A stretch of DNA of 64,000 nt from Flammeovirgaceae bacterium UBA5585 (GCA_002425185.1 DILT01000013.1:386865-450864), one strand, 5' to 3'. Counted from the stretch's first letter, positions 36,389 to 46,160 are shown. Notes: a model not told the origin generated them from the sequence alone. A program made the numbers and translations.

Positions 36389-36997
36389 ATGGAAACATTT
36401 TTTACAGAAACGGTTGGCTTGCCTGAAAATCTTTTCAGCTATTTCATTTTGCCGCTGCTTATTTTTTTGGCGCGCATCATGGATGTTTCCATCAATACCA
36501 TCCGCATTATTTATGTTTTGGGAGGACGAAGGTTAACGGCAACAACGCTTGGCTTTTTTGAATCGTTTATCTGGCTCATGGCCATACGGCAGATTTTCGA
36601 GCACCTGGATAACTGGGTATGTTATGTGGCGTACCCCGGTGGTTTTGCCATGGGCATTTTAGTGGGAATGATGATCGAAGAACGAATTGCTTATGGAAAG
36701 GTTATCGTGCGGATTATTACCCGAAAGGATGTGGACGAGCTCATTGCGTTTCTCACCCAAAATAATTTCCGTTACACCCGCGTAAATTCAGAAGGACTTG
36801 ACGGGCCCGAGAGCCTGGTGTTTACCGTTTTGCCGCGCGAAAACCTGGAAGAATTACTCTCGAAAATGAAAGATATACTCCCTACGGCTTTTTACACGGT
36901 AGAAAAAGTAAACCGTGCTTCAGAAAGCGGAGCCGTTGTACAGGAGAGCACCCGTTGGAGCATTGCCGGTTGGTTGAAAGGCGGACGAAGGGATTAA
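36389..36997 (+). CDS. DUF2179 domain-containing membrane protein (YitT-like)
   Basis: I prefer the ATG at 36389. TM helices (RIMDVSINTIRIIYV) are followed by a C-terminal DUF2179-like alpha/beta domain. Confidence 0.65.
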   Translation: METFFTETVGLPENLFSYFILPLLIFLARIMDVSINTIRIIYVLGGRRLTATTLGFFESFIWLMAIRQIFEHLDNWVCYVAYPGGFAMGILVGMMIEERIAYGKVIVRIITRKDVDELIAFLTQNNFRYTRVNSEGLDGPESLVFTVLPRENLEELLSKMKDILPTAFYTVEKVNRASESGAVVQESTRWSIAGWLKGGRRD

Positions 36998-38364
36998 TTT
37001 TTAATAATCTTTAGTATTATTCGACCATTGCCTGTTTGTAAGTTAACAATGTAAATTCCTCCGGATAAATCACGCACATCTACCAAACAGGTTTCGGTGA
37101 TGAATTTTTTCAGTACAACTTTTCCCGACAAATCAAGCAGAGTAAGTTGTACAGGTTGTTGATAAGGCAACTGTATTTTTAAGTAGTCCGTTGCAGGATT
37201 GGGTGATACAGTAATACCGGCTAACGTATCTTCTGTTCGGGTAATAATCTCCGGGTAAAGATTTCGGGTGTAAAAAAGTAAGCAAAGATCACTTGCAAAG
37301 CCGGGGTGCTCTAACGGCAAAGGCTGACGACCTCGGATAGTAATAACATAAGGATTGTCACGATCTATAGCGGCAGAGGAGGTAAGTGTAAGTAATCCAA
37401 CTTTAATATTGGCAGAGGATGAATCGTAGGTACTAAACTGGAGTTCATCCTCGGTTAAGGTTGAGTAGGCACTCAACGTAGATTCATTTTGATCATTAGA
37501 TTCGTAAATTATTTTAATGGTTCGGCTTTCATTTGTTGGAATATACACTCGGTTATTTTCGTCCAGCGGATTTTTTAGTGAAATTCTGCTCCCTGAATCA
37601 TGATCTGTTAAAATTATCTGAATGTCCCTTTCTACAGTACAAAGACGATATAAGTTTCCGTTAATGACTTTTGATAAATGAATTTTTACAGCGAACAAAA
37701 ATTCTCCGGCTCTAAATTGTCCTTGGAATTTGGTGTCCCAGGTAAGCAAACCCGTGTAAGGGTTAATGTGAATGTTTTCGGGGAACCTGTAGTTTTGTAC
37801 AGGCTGGTTTCTATCTCTTTTCGGAGTGCTTAATTCGTAAGAGATTATATGATCTTCCGCACTAAATGCACCTATTGAGAGGGAAAGAGGTTCTCCTACT
37901 TTGGCTGAAAAGAACGGATCAAATAAAAAATCTGGTGTATCAAAAGAGCCGAGAAAAGGATCTAGGTTTATGGTTGTTTCAATGTAGAATAGTGTTGAAA
38001 TAGAATTATCAAAATTCAAAATTCCACCATTTCTATTGGGTTCTGAATAAGCAATGGCATACTGTCCAGGTCCCGGGTAAGTGTGATCTATGGTGTAGGT
38101 CGCCTTCGCAATTCCAAGTCCAAGTGGTATACCAGGGGTCTCCGGGACATTAATAGGCGGGGTTCCATCGCCAAAGAAGAGAAGATCACTCTCACCACCA
38201 AAGAGCACAGGAGATCCTGTATTTGTATAGACAGTTATAGTAATTCTGCACGTGAGATTTGAACCGCTCAGCCGTTTTACAGAAATGTATCCACAACGCA
38301 TATGCGTAGCACATGCCAGTAGTGGTAAAGCAGTTACAAAAATGAGAACAATGATCTTTTTCAT
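36994..38364 (-). CDS. T9SS C-terminal sorting domain-containing secreted protein (adhesin-like)
   Basis: 456 aa with a signal peptide. It has an N-terminal THMRCGYI...ITITVYTN module, an NPYTGLLTWDT motif and a C-terminal Por/T9SS type A sorting domain (VSPNPATDYLKIQL...GIYIVNLQTGNGRIILKIIKN). Confidence 0.7.
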   Translation of the reverse strand: MKKIIVLIFVTALPLLACATHMRCGYISVKRLSGSNLTCRITITVYTNTGSPVLFGGESDLLFFGDGTPPINVPETPGIPLGLGIAKATYTIDHTYPGPGQYAIAYSEPNRNGGILNFDNSISTLFYIETTINLDPFLGSFDTPDFLFDPFFSAKVGEPLSLSIGAFSAEDHIISYELSTPKRDRNQPVQNYRFPENIHINPYTGLLTWDTKFQGQFRAGEFLFAVKIHLSKVINGNLYRLCTVERDIQIILTDHDSGSRISLKNPLDENNRVYIPTNESRTIKIIYESNDQNESTLSAYSTLTEDELQFSTYDSSSANIKVGLLTLTSSAAIDRDNPYVITIRGRQPLPLEHPGFASDLCLLFYTRNLYPEIITRTEDTLAGITVSPNPATDYLKIQLPYQQPVQLTLLDLSGKVVLKKFITETCLVDVRDLSGGIYIVNLQTGNGRIILKIIKN

Positions 38365-38367
38365 GGT

Positions 38368-39327
38368 TTACTTATTTTGAAGGCCTCCTGAATGCACCAC
38401 TAAAATTGTTGCCTCCCTTCTAAAATAGCCCTTCTCAATCAAATCATAAACTCCGGCAACAAGCTTTCCTGTATAAACGCTTTCTAAGGGCAAATTATTT
38501 TTTGTCAGACGATCTTTTATGAATTCAAGTAAAGCCGATGTTGTTTTTCCATATCCACCAAAGTGATAATCGGTCATCAGCTTCCAGTTTTTTGCTTCTA
38601 TCCTAATCAGTTTCTCAGCTTCTTCTTGCAGAAAACTTCCTCCTTTCAGAACCGGGAATCCCAGAATCTCTACCGAAGCATCAAGACCATTTATTAACCC
38701 GGCCAGTGTTCCTCCTGTTCCTACCGCACAGCACAGATAATCAAACCCATCACCCAGTGTTTGCGCGAATTCCTCAGTGCCCTTTACGGCTAACGCATTA
38801 GTGCCGCCTTCCGGTAGTAAATAGAAGTCGCCAAACTCCATATGAAGGCTTTCAATAAAATCCGGATTTGTTTTTTGCCGATATGCTTCTCGTGTTATGT
38901 ACTTCAACTCCATTCCATGCCTTTTCGCGAAAGTTAAGGTTGGGTTGAGTGGAAGGATTTCTTCACCGCGAATAATGCCAATACTTTCAAAACCCAATTC
39001 ATGTGCTGCGGCTGCAGTGGAAAAAATGTGGTTGGAGTAGGCACCACCAAACGTGAGCAATGTTTTATGGCCAAGCTTTTTCGCTTCTTCAAGATTGTAC
39101 TTCAGCTTCCACCATTTGTTTCCGGAAACGTTCGGATGATTTAAATCCTCACGTTTCACCAACATCCGCACACCGGCCATGTCAAATAGCGGATCATGAA
39201 TTTCCTGAATGGGGGTTTGTTTGTATTCTAACAATGCTTCGAATATTATGCCTTGCGTTCTCTTTTGGGGGTTAAGGGTGAGGTTTTTCCTGACACCTTC
39301 TGTCATGCAAGTTAAAAATGTTTTCAA
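38368..39327 (-). CDS. PLP-dependent ACC deaminase / D-cysteine desulfhydrase family protein
   Basis: 319 aa with motifs REDLNHPNVSGNKWWKL and GGAYSNH plus a Gly-rich loop (AVGTGGTLAG). Confidence 0.75.
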   Translation of the reverse strand: MKTFLTCMTEGVRKNLTLNPQKRTQGIIFEALLEYKQTPIQEIHDPLFDMAGVRMLVKREDLNHPNVSGNKWWKLKYNLEEAKKLGHKTLLTFGGAYSNHIFSTAAAAHELGFESIGIIRGEEILPLNPTLTFAKRHGMELKYITREAYRQKTNPDFIESLHMEFGDFYLLPEGGTNALAVKGTEEFAQTLGDGFDYLCCAVGTGGTLAGLINGLDASVEILGFPVLKGGSFLQEEAEKLIRIEAKNWKLMTDYHFGGYGKTTSALLEFIKDRLTKNNLPLESVYTGKLVAGVYDLIEKGYFRREATILVVHSGGLQNK

Positions 39328-39364
39328 AGCATTGGGGCAAAAGGTAATTTGAGAGCTTGTTGCT

Positions 39365-40414
39365 ATGGATGAGTATATAAAAGGCCGCGGTTCACAGGTA
39401 AAAACACAAAACCGGTTTTTAAAAGCCAGTTATGTAACGGAGCATATTGAAGGACTTGATGAAGCTTTATTGTCTGCTCCTGCTACTCAGGTTTTTTACG
39501 AACAGGCAAAAAAAATAGTAAACAAAGTAACTAGTCCGGATTTGGGCATGGTGTATTCGCTTAATCCCTATCAGGGTTGTGAACATGGCTGCATTTATTG
39601 TTACGCGCGTAACACGCATGAGTATTATGGGTTCAGTGCCGGTTTGGATTTTGAAAGCAAAATCATGGTGAAGAGGAACGCTCCACAGTTGCTGGAGAAA
39701 TTTATCCTTCATCCGGATTGGCAACCCGTTCCCATCAGCGTTTCGGGAAATACAGACTGCTACCAACCCCAGGAGCGTAAACTTGAAATTACTCGCGACC
39801 TCCTCAAGGTGTTCGCGCAGTATCGCCATCCGTTAGGCATGATTACCAAAAACAGTTTGATTTTACGCGACCTTGATTTACTGACTGATCTGGCGAACGA
39901 TAACCTGGTACATGTGTACATCTCGCTCACAACATTGGATGAGAAACTGAGGAGAACAATGGAACCGCGTACGGCCAGCTCAGTCAGGCGACTCAAAACA
40001 ATAGAAGCGTTGGCACACGCAGGTGTACCCGTTGGGGTAATGACGGCTCCGATTATTCCGGGCTTGAATCATCATGAGATTCCCGTGTTGATTAAAGCCG
40101 CTGCCGATCATGGTGCGATGGCTGCGGGAATGACAATCGTTCGGCTTAACGGAGCTATCGGGCAACTTTTTGAAGACTGGCTGCGAAAAAATTTTCCGGA
40201 TCGTTTTGACAAAGTGTGGAATCAAATTTCCGCTATGCATGGCGGTCAGGTTAATGATTCACAATTCGGCAGAAGAATGACAGGTGAAGGAAACTTTGCC
40301 GAAGCAATTCACCAGTTGTTTCGTGCATCCAAAAAGAAATACCTGGCCGGGAGACACATGCCCGCCTACGATCTTTCAAAATTCAGGCGAGGCGGAACCC
40401 TTAGTTTGTTTTGA
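39365..40414 (+). CDS. radical SAM protein (PA0069 family-like)
   Basis: 349 aa with a CxxxCxxC cluster (CEHGCIYCYA). The N-terminal KGRGSQ motif is typical of this family. Confidence 0.8.
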   Translation: MDEYIKGRGSQVKTQNRFLKASYVTEHIEGLDEALLSAPATQVFYEQAKKIVNKVTSPDLGMVYSLNPYQGCEHGCIYCYARNTHEYYGFSAGLDFESKIMVKRNAPQLLEKFILHPDWQPVPISVSGNTDCYQPQERKLEITRDLLKVFAQYRHPLGMITKNSLILRDLDLLTDLANDNLVHVYISLTTLDEKLRRTMEPRTASSVRRLKTIEALAHAGVPVGVMTAPIIPGLNHHEIPVLIKAAADHGAMAAGMTIVRLNGAIGQLFEDWLRKNFPDRFDKVWNQISAMHGGQVNDSQFGRRMTGEGNFAEAIHQLFRASKKKYLAGRHMPAYDLSKFRRGGTLSLF

Positions 40415-41647
40415 TTACAACTCAATTTCAACCTGTCCCCATAATAAATCATCAAACACTTCGCGCTCACGAATGAGTTTTGCCTCATTGTTGATCACTA
40501 AAACCTCAGCCGGTCGCAGGCGCGAGTTGTAGTTGGAGGCCATCGAAAAGCCATAAGCGCCTGCATTTTTAATCGCCAGAACATCGCCCTCACGCACTTC
40601 GTTCAGTTTTCTTTCAGCACCAAGGGTGTCGGTCTCGCATATGTATCCCACTACGGTATAAACTTTTTGTTCTCCGGTTGGATTGGAAATGTTGAGAATG
40701 TGATGATAGGCATCATACATCATGGGTCTTATTAAATGATTAAGCCCGGTATTTACGCCTACAAAGGTGGTTGAAGGAGTTGATTTTACTAAGGTTGTCT
40801 TCGCCAACAGCTGTCCCGCTTCACTCACAATAAATTTGCCGGGCTCAAACCAAAGCTCAAGCTTTCTGCCATACTGCCCACAAAACAACCGGAATGATTC
40901 GGTGAGTTTTAGTCCCAGGTCAAACACATTGGTAACTCTGTCGCCTTCTTTATACGAAACTTTAAAACCACTGCCGAAATCAATAAACTTCAGGTCAGGA
41001 AAATCCTGCGCAACACTGAAAAAGATATCCGCCATTTTCAGAAACACATCGGTTTCGGTTATGTCTGATCCGGTGTGTATGTGAAGACCCTGAATCTGAA
41101 TGTTGTATTGCTTAACCGTTTCCATGATCTGCGGAAGCTGGTAGACAGAAATACCAAACTTTGAATCGCTGTGTCCGGTAGAGATTTTAATGTTACCACC
41201 CGCCATAATATGCGGATTTAGCCGGATAGAACAGGGGTAGGAACTTCTGTACTGCATCCCGAATTTTTTCAGAAAGGGTAGGTTGTCAATGTTAACCACC
41301 AGCCCGAGCTTTACGGCCTCCTCAATTTCAGCAAAGTCGGCACAGTTTGGTGAGAACATTATTTCTGAAGGTTCAAAACCGGCCTTTAAAGCCAGGTGTG
41401 CCTCCTGGATAGACACGACATCGGCCCCGGCCCCATTTTTTTTCAAAAGCCTGAGAATGGACAGGTTGGATAGAGCTTTAACCGCATACTTGATTTTAAC
41501 ATCAGCATCTGCGAAAGCTGTCTTTAATGTTTTTAGCTGATGTACAATTTTTCCGGCATCATATACATATAGCGGTGTGCCAAACTTTTCTACCAGCGCT
41601 GTTGCTTTGAGGTTTTGTATATGATATGCTCCGTCTCTCAATTCCAT
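40415..41647 (-). CDS. lysA: diaminopimelate decarboxylase
   Basis: 410 aa with the PLP-Lys region (KYAVKALSN) and motifs HIHTGS, EPGKFIV and GYICETD. Confidence 0.9.
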   Translation of the reverse strand: MELRDGAYHIQNLKATALVEKFGTPLYVYDAGKIVHQLKTLKTAFADADVKIKYAVKALSNLSILRLLKKNGAGADVVSIQEAHLALKAGFEPSEIMFSPNCADFAEIEEAVKLGLVVNIDNLPFLKKFGMQYRSSYPCSIRLNPHIMAGGNIKISTGHSDSKFGISVYQLPQIMETVKQYNIQIQGLHIHTGSDITETDVFLKMADIFFSVAQDFPDLKFIDFGSGFKVSYKEGDRVTNVFDLGLKLTESFRLFCGQYGRKLELWFEPGKFIVSEAGQLLAKTTLVKSTPSTTFVGVNTGLNHLIRPMMYDAYHHILNISNPTGEQKVYTVVGYICETDTLGAERKLNEVREGDVLAIKNAGAYGFSMASNYNSRLRPAEVLVINNEAKLIREREVFDDLLWGQVEIEL

Positions 41648-41666
41648 TAAGTGCCTGTTTAGAACT

Positions 41667-41674
41667 CAAATATA
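41667..41674 (-). promoter_or_regulatory. Bacteroidota -7 box (TAtaTTTG) for lysA
   Basis: The minus strand reads tatatttg, 19 nt upstream of the lysA ATG. Confidence 0.45.
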
Positions 41675-41707
41675 CTTCTGTAATCCGGATCGTGGGGTTT
41701 GATTGCT

Positions 41708-41715
41708 TATTTTTG
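41708..41715 (+). promoter_or_regulatory. Bacteroidota -7 box (TAttTTTG) for alpha/beta hydrolase
   Basis: tatttttg lies 4 nt upstream of the ATG at 41720. Confidence 0.4.
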
Positions 41716-41719
41716 GAAC

Positions 41720-42484
41720 ATGAAATTATTCTATCGCGAGTACGGAGGCGGTCAGCCGCTGATAATCCTGCACGGCTTAATGGGCTCATCAGACAATTGG
41801 CTACCGCAGGCTAAACTGCTTGCTGAGCATTACCATGTTTGGGTTGTAGACCAACGCAATCACGGCCAGTCGCCACACAGTGAGGTGTTTGATTATACCG
41901 TGTTAAGTAAGGATATTCTGGAATTTATTCAGGAACATCAACTTGAAAATCCAATAATTCTGGGTCATTCCATGGGTGGTAAGGCCGCGATGAATTTTGC
42001 ACTGGCCCACCCTGATATGCTGGACAGATTAATCGTGGTTGACATTGCGCCCAAGACATACGAAGTCCGTCACGATTATATTGTGGAGGGATTGAAGGCT
42101 GTGCCTATTGACACTATTCAAACACGCCAGCAAGCCGATGAAGAACTTGCCAAGCATTTATCAAATGAGGCGGTTCGCCAGTTTCTTTTAAAGAACCTGA
42201 TGCGCAAACCTGAAGGTGGTTTTGGTTGGCGCATTAACCTGCCGGTGATTGATAAGAACATTGAAGTGATTGGCGGTAAATTGATTGTTGATGGGAGTTT
42301 TAAAAAGCGAACCCTTTTTATTCGAGGAATAAAATCGGATTATATTCTGGATAGCGATCAGGAGGTTATCAAGAACATTTTTCCAAACTCAACATTGGTA
42401 AGCCTGGATACGGGCCATTGGGTACAGGCTGAAAAGCCTGCTGAATTTGTACAAGTTGTTTTAAATTTTTTGAATGGGCAATAA
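41720..42484 (+). CDS. alpha/beta hydrolase
   Basis: I prefer the ATG at 41720 (MKLFYREYGGGQPLIILHGLMGS). It has the nucleophile elbow GHSMGG and a C-terminal GHW. Confidence 0.8.
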   Translation: MKLFYREYGGGQPLIILHGLMGSSDNWLPQAKLLAEHYHVWVVDQRNHGQSPHSEVFDYTVLSKDILEFIQEHQLENPIILGHSMGGKAAMNFALAHPDMLDRLIVVDIAPKTYEVRHDYIVEGLKAVPIDTIQTRQQADEELAKHLSNEAVRQFLLKNLMRKPEGGFGWRINLPVIDKNIEVIGGKLIVDGSFKKRTLFIRGIKSDYILDSDQEVIKNIFPNSTLVSLDTGHWVQAEKPAEFVQVVLNFLNGQ

Positions 42485-43187
42485 AGGCAACCTGTACCTC
42501 ATTCCCAATGTTATCGCTGAGCATACAGCCGATCGGGTCATTCATCCCTTTGTTAAGGAACAACTAAAAACGATTCAGCATTTTTTGGCAGAAGATATTC
42601 GTACAGCACGGAGATTTTTAAGCAGTCTTAAAATTTATACTTCTATTGAGTCGTTGAATTTCTCGGTGTTGAACAAGGATACCCCTGTAAGTGAACTTGA
42701 TCAGTTGATGAAGCCACTATCTTCAGGCAGCAACATGGGTATTATTTCCGAGTCAGGCTGCCCGGGTGTCGCTGATCCTGGTGCGATGGCTGTGGCCTAT
42801 GCCCATGACTCGGATATTCGCGTTATACCCTTGGTTGGCCCGTCTTCAATTTTGCTGGCGCTTATGGCTTCCGGGTTGAACGGTCAGCATTTTGCTTTCC
42901 ATGGATATTTGCCGGTTGATGGTCATGAATTAAGCAAAGCCATAAAGACTTTTGAGCGCGAATCGAAGACAAAAAATCAAACACAGATTTTTATTGAGAC
43001 ACCCTATAGAAACAACCAATTGTTTTCTAACCTAATAAAAACACTGGATTTAAGTACCCGGCTGTGTGTTGCAGTAGATATTACCGGCACCAATGAACGC
43101 ATTCAAACCAAACCAGTTTCAGACTGGAGAAGATTATCAATTGAATGGCCCAGGCTTCCTGTTGTTTTTCTTTTTTTGGCGCACTAA
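42474..43187 (+). CDS. SAM-dependent methyltransferase, tetrapyrrole-methylase superfamily (RsmI-like)
   Basis: 237 aa with motif GIISESGCPGVADPG and GPSSILLALMASG. Confidence 0.65.
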   Translation: MGNKGNLYLIPNVIAEHTADRVIHPFVKEQLKTIQHFLAEDIRTARRFLSSLKIYTSIESLNFSVLNKDTPVSELDQLMKPLSSGSNMGIISESGCPGVADPGAMAVAYAHDSDIRVIPLVGPSSILLALMASGLNGQHFAFHGYLPVDGHELSKAIKTFERESKTKNQTQIFIETPYRNNQLFSNLIKTLDLSTRLCVAVDITGTNERIQTKPVSDWRRLSIEWPRLPVVFLFLAH

Positions 43188-43217
43188 ATATCTGTTTTTG
43201 TTTTACCTGCATTCCTC

Positions 43218-43225
43218 TAAATTTG
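43218..43225 (+). promoter_or_regulatory. Bacteroidota -7 box (TAaaTTTG) for metK
   Basis: taaatttg lies 39 nt upstream of the metK ATG. A TTTG at 43197-43200 gives a 17-nt spacer. Confidence 0.45.
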
Positions 43226-43264
43226 CCGACTTAACAAAGAACTAATCCTTAATTCGTAACTACT

Positions 43265-44521
43265 ATGCCCTATTTGTTCACCTCTGAGTCTGTATCTGAA
43301 GGTCATCCGGATAAAGTATCTGATCAGATTTCAGATGCCCTGATTGATTATTTTTTAGCCTATGATCCCAATTCAAAGGTTGCCTGCGAAACGCTGGTAA
43401 CTACAGGTCAGGTTGTGCTGGCAGGTGAGGTGAAATCAGAAGCTTATTTGGACGTTCAGGACATCGCCCGCGAGGTGATACGTAAAATCGGTTATACCAA
43501 GAGTGAGTATATGTTTGAAGCTAACTCATGCGGTATTCTTTCTGCGATCCATGAGCAATCACCCGATATCAATCAGGGTGTAGAGCGAAAGAAAAAGGAA
43601 GAACAAGGCGCGGGTGATCAGGGCATGATGTTTGGCTATGCTACTAATGAGACAGACAACTACATGCCTCTTCCGTTAGAGATTGCACACTTGCTGTTGC
43701 GTGAGCTTGCCGCTATTCGCAGGGAAGGCAAACAAATGACCTATTTGCGTCCTGATTCAAAGTCGCAGGTAACGATTGAATACGATGACAACAATCAACC
43801 GATACGCATTGATGCTATTGTTGTTTCCACACAACACGATGACTTCGATAAGGATGCACCCATGTTGAAAAAGATCAAGGATGATGTGATTAATATTCTG
43901 GTGCCGCGCGTAATGAAAAAATTACCGAAGCGTACGCATAAATTATTTAACAGCGACATCAAGTATTTTATTAACCCTACCGGCAAATTTGTTATCGGGG
44001 GTCCCCACGGTGATACCGGCCTTACCGGGAGAAAGATTATTGTGGATACTTATGGGGGAAAAGGTGCGCACGGTGGTGGTGCATTTTCAGGAAAAGATCC
44101 TTCTAAAGTAGATCGTTCAGCAGCTTACGCAACCCGTCATATTGCAAAAAATCTGGTAGCAGCCGGTGTGTGTGATGAGGTTTTGGTTCAGGTTGCATAC
44201 GCCATCGGTGTGGCAAAACCGGTTGGTTTGTATGTAAATACATACGGTACCAGCAAGGTGAATATGAGTGATGGGGAAATTGCCAGGCGCGTAGAAAAGA
44301 TTTTTGATATGCGCCCGTATTTTATTGAGCAACGCTTTAAACTGCGTTCACCCATCTATTCAGAAACAGCAGCCTATGGCCACATGGGTCGTGAAACAAA
44401 AGTTGTTGAAAAGGTTTTCAATAAAGGAAAGAAAAGTGAGAAGCGTGTGAAAGTTGAATTATTCCCCTGGGAAAAACTGGATTACGTTGAGCAGGTGCAG
44501 AAAGCTTTTAAGTTGAAATAA
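43265..44521 (+). CDS. metK: methionine adenosyltransferase
   Basis: 418 aa with motifs [25 protein letters not shown] and GGGAFSGKD. Confidence 0.96.
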   Translation: MPYLFTSESVSEGHPDKVSDQISDALIDYFLAYDPNSKVACETLVTTGQVVLAGEVKSEAYLDVQDIAREVIRKIGYTKSEYMFEANSCGILSAIHEQSPDINQGVERKKKEEQGAGDQGMMFGYATNETDNYMPLPLEIAHLLLRELAAIRREGKQMTYLRPDSKSQVTIEYDDNNQPIRIDAIVVSTQHDDFDKDAPMLKKIKDDVINILVPRVMKKLPKRTHKLFNSDIKYFINPTGKFVIGGPHGDTGLTGRKIIVDTYGGKGAHGGGAFSGKDPSKVDRSAAYATRHIAKNLVAAGVCDEVLVQVAYAIGVAKPVGLYVNTYGTSKVNMSDGEIARRVEKIFDMRPYFIEQRFKLRSPIYSETAAYGHMGRETKVVEKVFNKGKKSEKRVKVELFPWEKLDYVEQVQKAFKLK

Positions 44522-44553
44522 AAAAATAAGGGGCCGAAAGGCCCCTTATTTTT
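44521..44553. terminator. bidirectional rho-independent terminator (metK / hpf)
   Basis: A perfect 10-bp stem (ATAAGGGGCC / GGCCCCTTAT) with a GAAA tetraloop is flanked by an A-run on one side and a T-run on the other. Confidence 0.85.
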
Positions 44554-44563
44554 GGTGAGCATT

Positions 44564-44866
44564 TCATGCCCGCCCATCATTGATTTTCGTTTTAAATTTT
44601 TTCAACTGATTTTTCAGGGCTTCTGTTGCCTGGTCGGCTGCTGCTTCAAATGAGCGGGCTTTTTCCATTGCAAAAAGCTGGTTTCCTGGAAGGTTAAGTT
44701 TAATCTCAACCGTTTTATTTTCTACACCCTCATTGTTTAACCGGAGGAAAACTTCACCATCCACCATACGGTCAAAATAAGTCTCTAGTTTGTCAACTTT
44801 CTTTTGAATAAAGTCAACAAGCTTTCTGTCGGCATCAAAGTGAATGGATTGAACTTTCAGTTTCAT
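44564..44866 (-). CDS. hpf: ribosome hibernation-promoting factor (short HPF/RaiA)
   Basis: 100 aa. The N-terminus (MKLKVQSIHFDADRKLVDFIQKKVDKL) and overall length fit the sigma-54 modulation / RaiA family. Confidence 0.85.
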   Translation of the reverse strand: MKLKVQSIHFDADRKLVDFIQKKVDKLETYFDRMVDGEVFLRLNNEGVENKTVEIKLNLPGNQLFAMEKARSFEAAADQATEALKNQLKKFKTKINDGRA

Positions 44867-44945
44867 AGCTACAAAATTTAACGTTTAACATAAAAACCAA
44901 TCTGGCGAACCAGCAACAAGTAATCATATTTTCATAGGCGTTGTA

Positions 44946-45827
44946 TTAAGCTTTAGGATGGGCCTGATCGTAAGCCTTTTTAATTTTTTCCATGGAATTG
45001 TGGGTGTACACCTGTGTGGCGGCTAAGCTGCTGTGTCCCAACAAATCTTTTACAGCATTAATCTCAGCACCTTTGTTCAACAGATGTGTTGCATAGGTGT
45101 GGCGGAGAACGTGCGGGCTCCTTTTTTCGCTGGTGGTATTGTCGTTGAGGTATTTCTTTACAATTCTGTAAACCATCATGGGGTAACATGGATCGCCATT
45201 ATCGGTAACAAAAACAAACCCGTGCTTCTTCATGTTAACTTCCTTGTTTCTGATTTGCTGATATTCCTTCAGTATAGGAACGATACTTTTGTGAAATGGG
45301 ATTACCCTTTCTTTATTTCTTTTTCCCAACACCTTAATGGTGTGCGATCGTATGTCAAGCTGAGATTCTTTTAACTTAATCAGTTCAGAAAGGCGTATAC
45401 CTGTGGCATAGAACAACTCCAGGATAAGTTTGTCACGCCATCCCTCAAGCGTATCGTCAAATACTACATGATCAAGCAGGTTTACCATGTCAGCTTCTTT
45501 AACAAAGGATGGTAATCGCTTTTGTGTTTTTAATACACGGATTTTGGTCATTGGATTTTTTTTAATGACCTCCTGCCGCATTAAAAACTTATAAAAGGTT
45601 TTCAGGCTGGCAATCTTACGGTTAACCGAAGTAGGTTTGATCCCTGAATCCACCAGCTGAATAATCCATGAGCGAATTATTCCGTAATCCGATGTTTCAG
45701 GCAAATGATCGGGAAAGACTTCTTTTAGAAAGCTGAGAAATTGATCCAGGTCGTTTTGGTAAGCGGTAAGTGTATGCTTGCTTACGCGTTTTTCGTATTT
45801 AAGATATTTCAGAAAGGATTCTACCAT
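44946..45827 (-). CDS. xerC: tyrosine recombinase XerC/XerD
   Basis: 293 aa with catalytic motifs ATGIRLSEL, HVLRHTYATHLL and LGHSSLAATQVYTH. Confidence 0.85.
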   Translation of the reverse strand: MVESFLKYLKYEKRVSKHTLTAYQNDLDQFLSFLKEVFPDHLPETSDYGIIRSWIIQLVDSGIKPTSVNRKIASLKTFYKFLMRQEVIKKNPMTKIRVLKTQKRLPSFVKEADMVNLLDHVVFDDTLEGWRDKLILELFYATGIRLSELIKLKESQLDIRSHTIKVLGKRNKERVIPFHKSIVPILKEYQQIRNKEVNMKKHGFVFVTDNGDPCYPMMVYRIVKKYLNDNTTSEKRSPHVLRHTYATHLLNKGAEINAVKDLLGHSSLAATQVYTHNSMEKIKKAYDQAHPKA

Positions 45828-45861
45828 GCTATGCTCACCATTCCCACCGGTTGTACCAATG

Positions 45862-45900
45862 TAAAAAAATAATCCCCAAGGATAAAGACCCCTGGGGATT
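45862..45900 (-). terminator. rho-independent terminator after rpsU
   Basis: The minus strand reads aatccccagggg-tctttat-ccttggggatt (about 11 bp including one G-U pair), followed by atttttttac. Confidence 0.8.
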
Positions 45901-45946
45901 AAAAATATCTGTTATGTATAGGTAAGATCGTGGAAACGATCGGATG

Positions 45947-46141
45947 CTAAGCGTTTTCTAAACCTTTCATGCGCTCTCTGTAGGCGGCACGAATGATTTC
46001 GCTTCTGCGTCTAACAGATGGTTTTTCAAAGGAAGTGCGCGCGCGTAATTCCCTCAAAACACCTGTTTTTTCAAACTTCTTCTTAAAACGCTTCAGCGCC
46101 TTGTCAATGGATTCGTTTTCCTTAATGTTGATTACAATCAT
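45947..46141 (-). CDS. rpsU: 30S ribosomal protein S21
   Basis: 64 aa, strongly basic, containing KALKRFKKKFEKTGVLRELRAR. Confidence 0.9.
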   Translation of the reverse strand: MIVINIKENESIDKALKRFKKKFEKTGVLRELRARTSFEKPSVRRRSEIIRAAYRERMKGLENA

Positions 46142-46160
46142 TTGTTTCCAATTTGCGCTG

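Noticed and set aside
43188-43264. SAM riboswitch upstream of metK
   Set aside because: The spacer is only 77 nt and is largely taken up by a promoter. I see no four-way junction or SAM-II/SAM-SAH-like pseudoknot.
44946-45827. Tyrosine recombinase as a marker of an integrated mobile element
   Set aside because: It is flanked by rpsU and hpf. There is no nearby tRNA, direct repeat or cargo, and its size and motifs fit chromosomal XerC/XerD.
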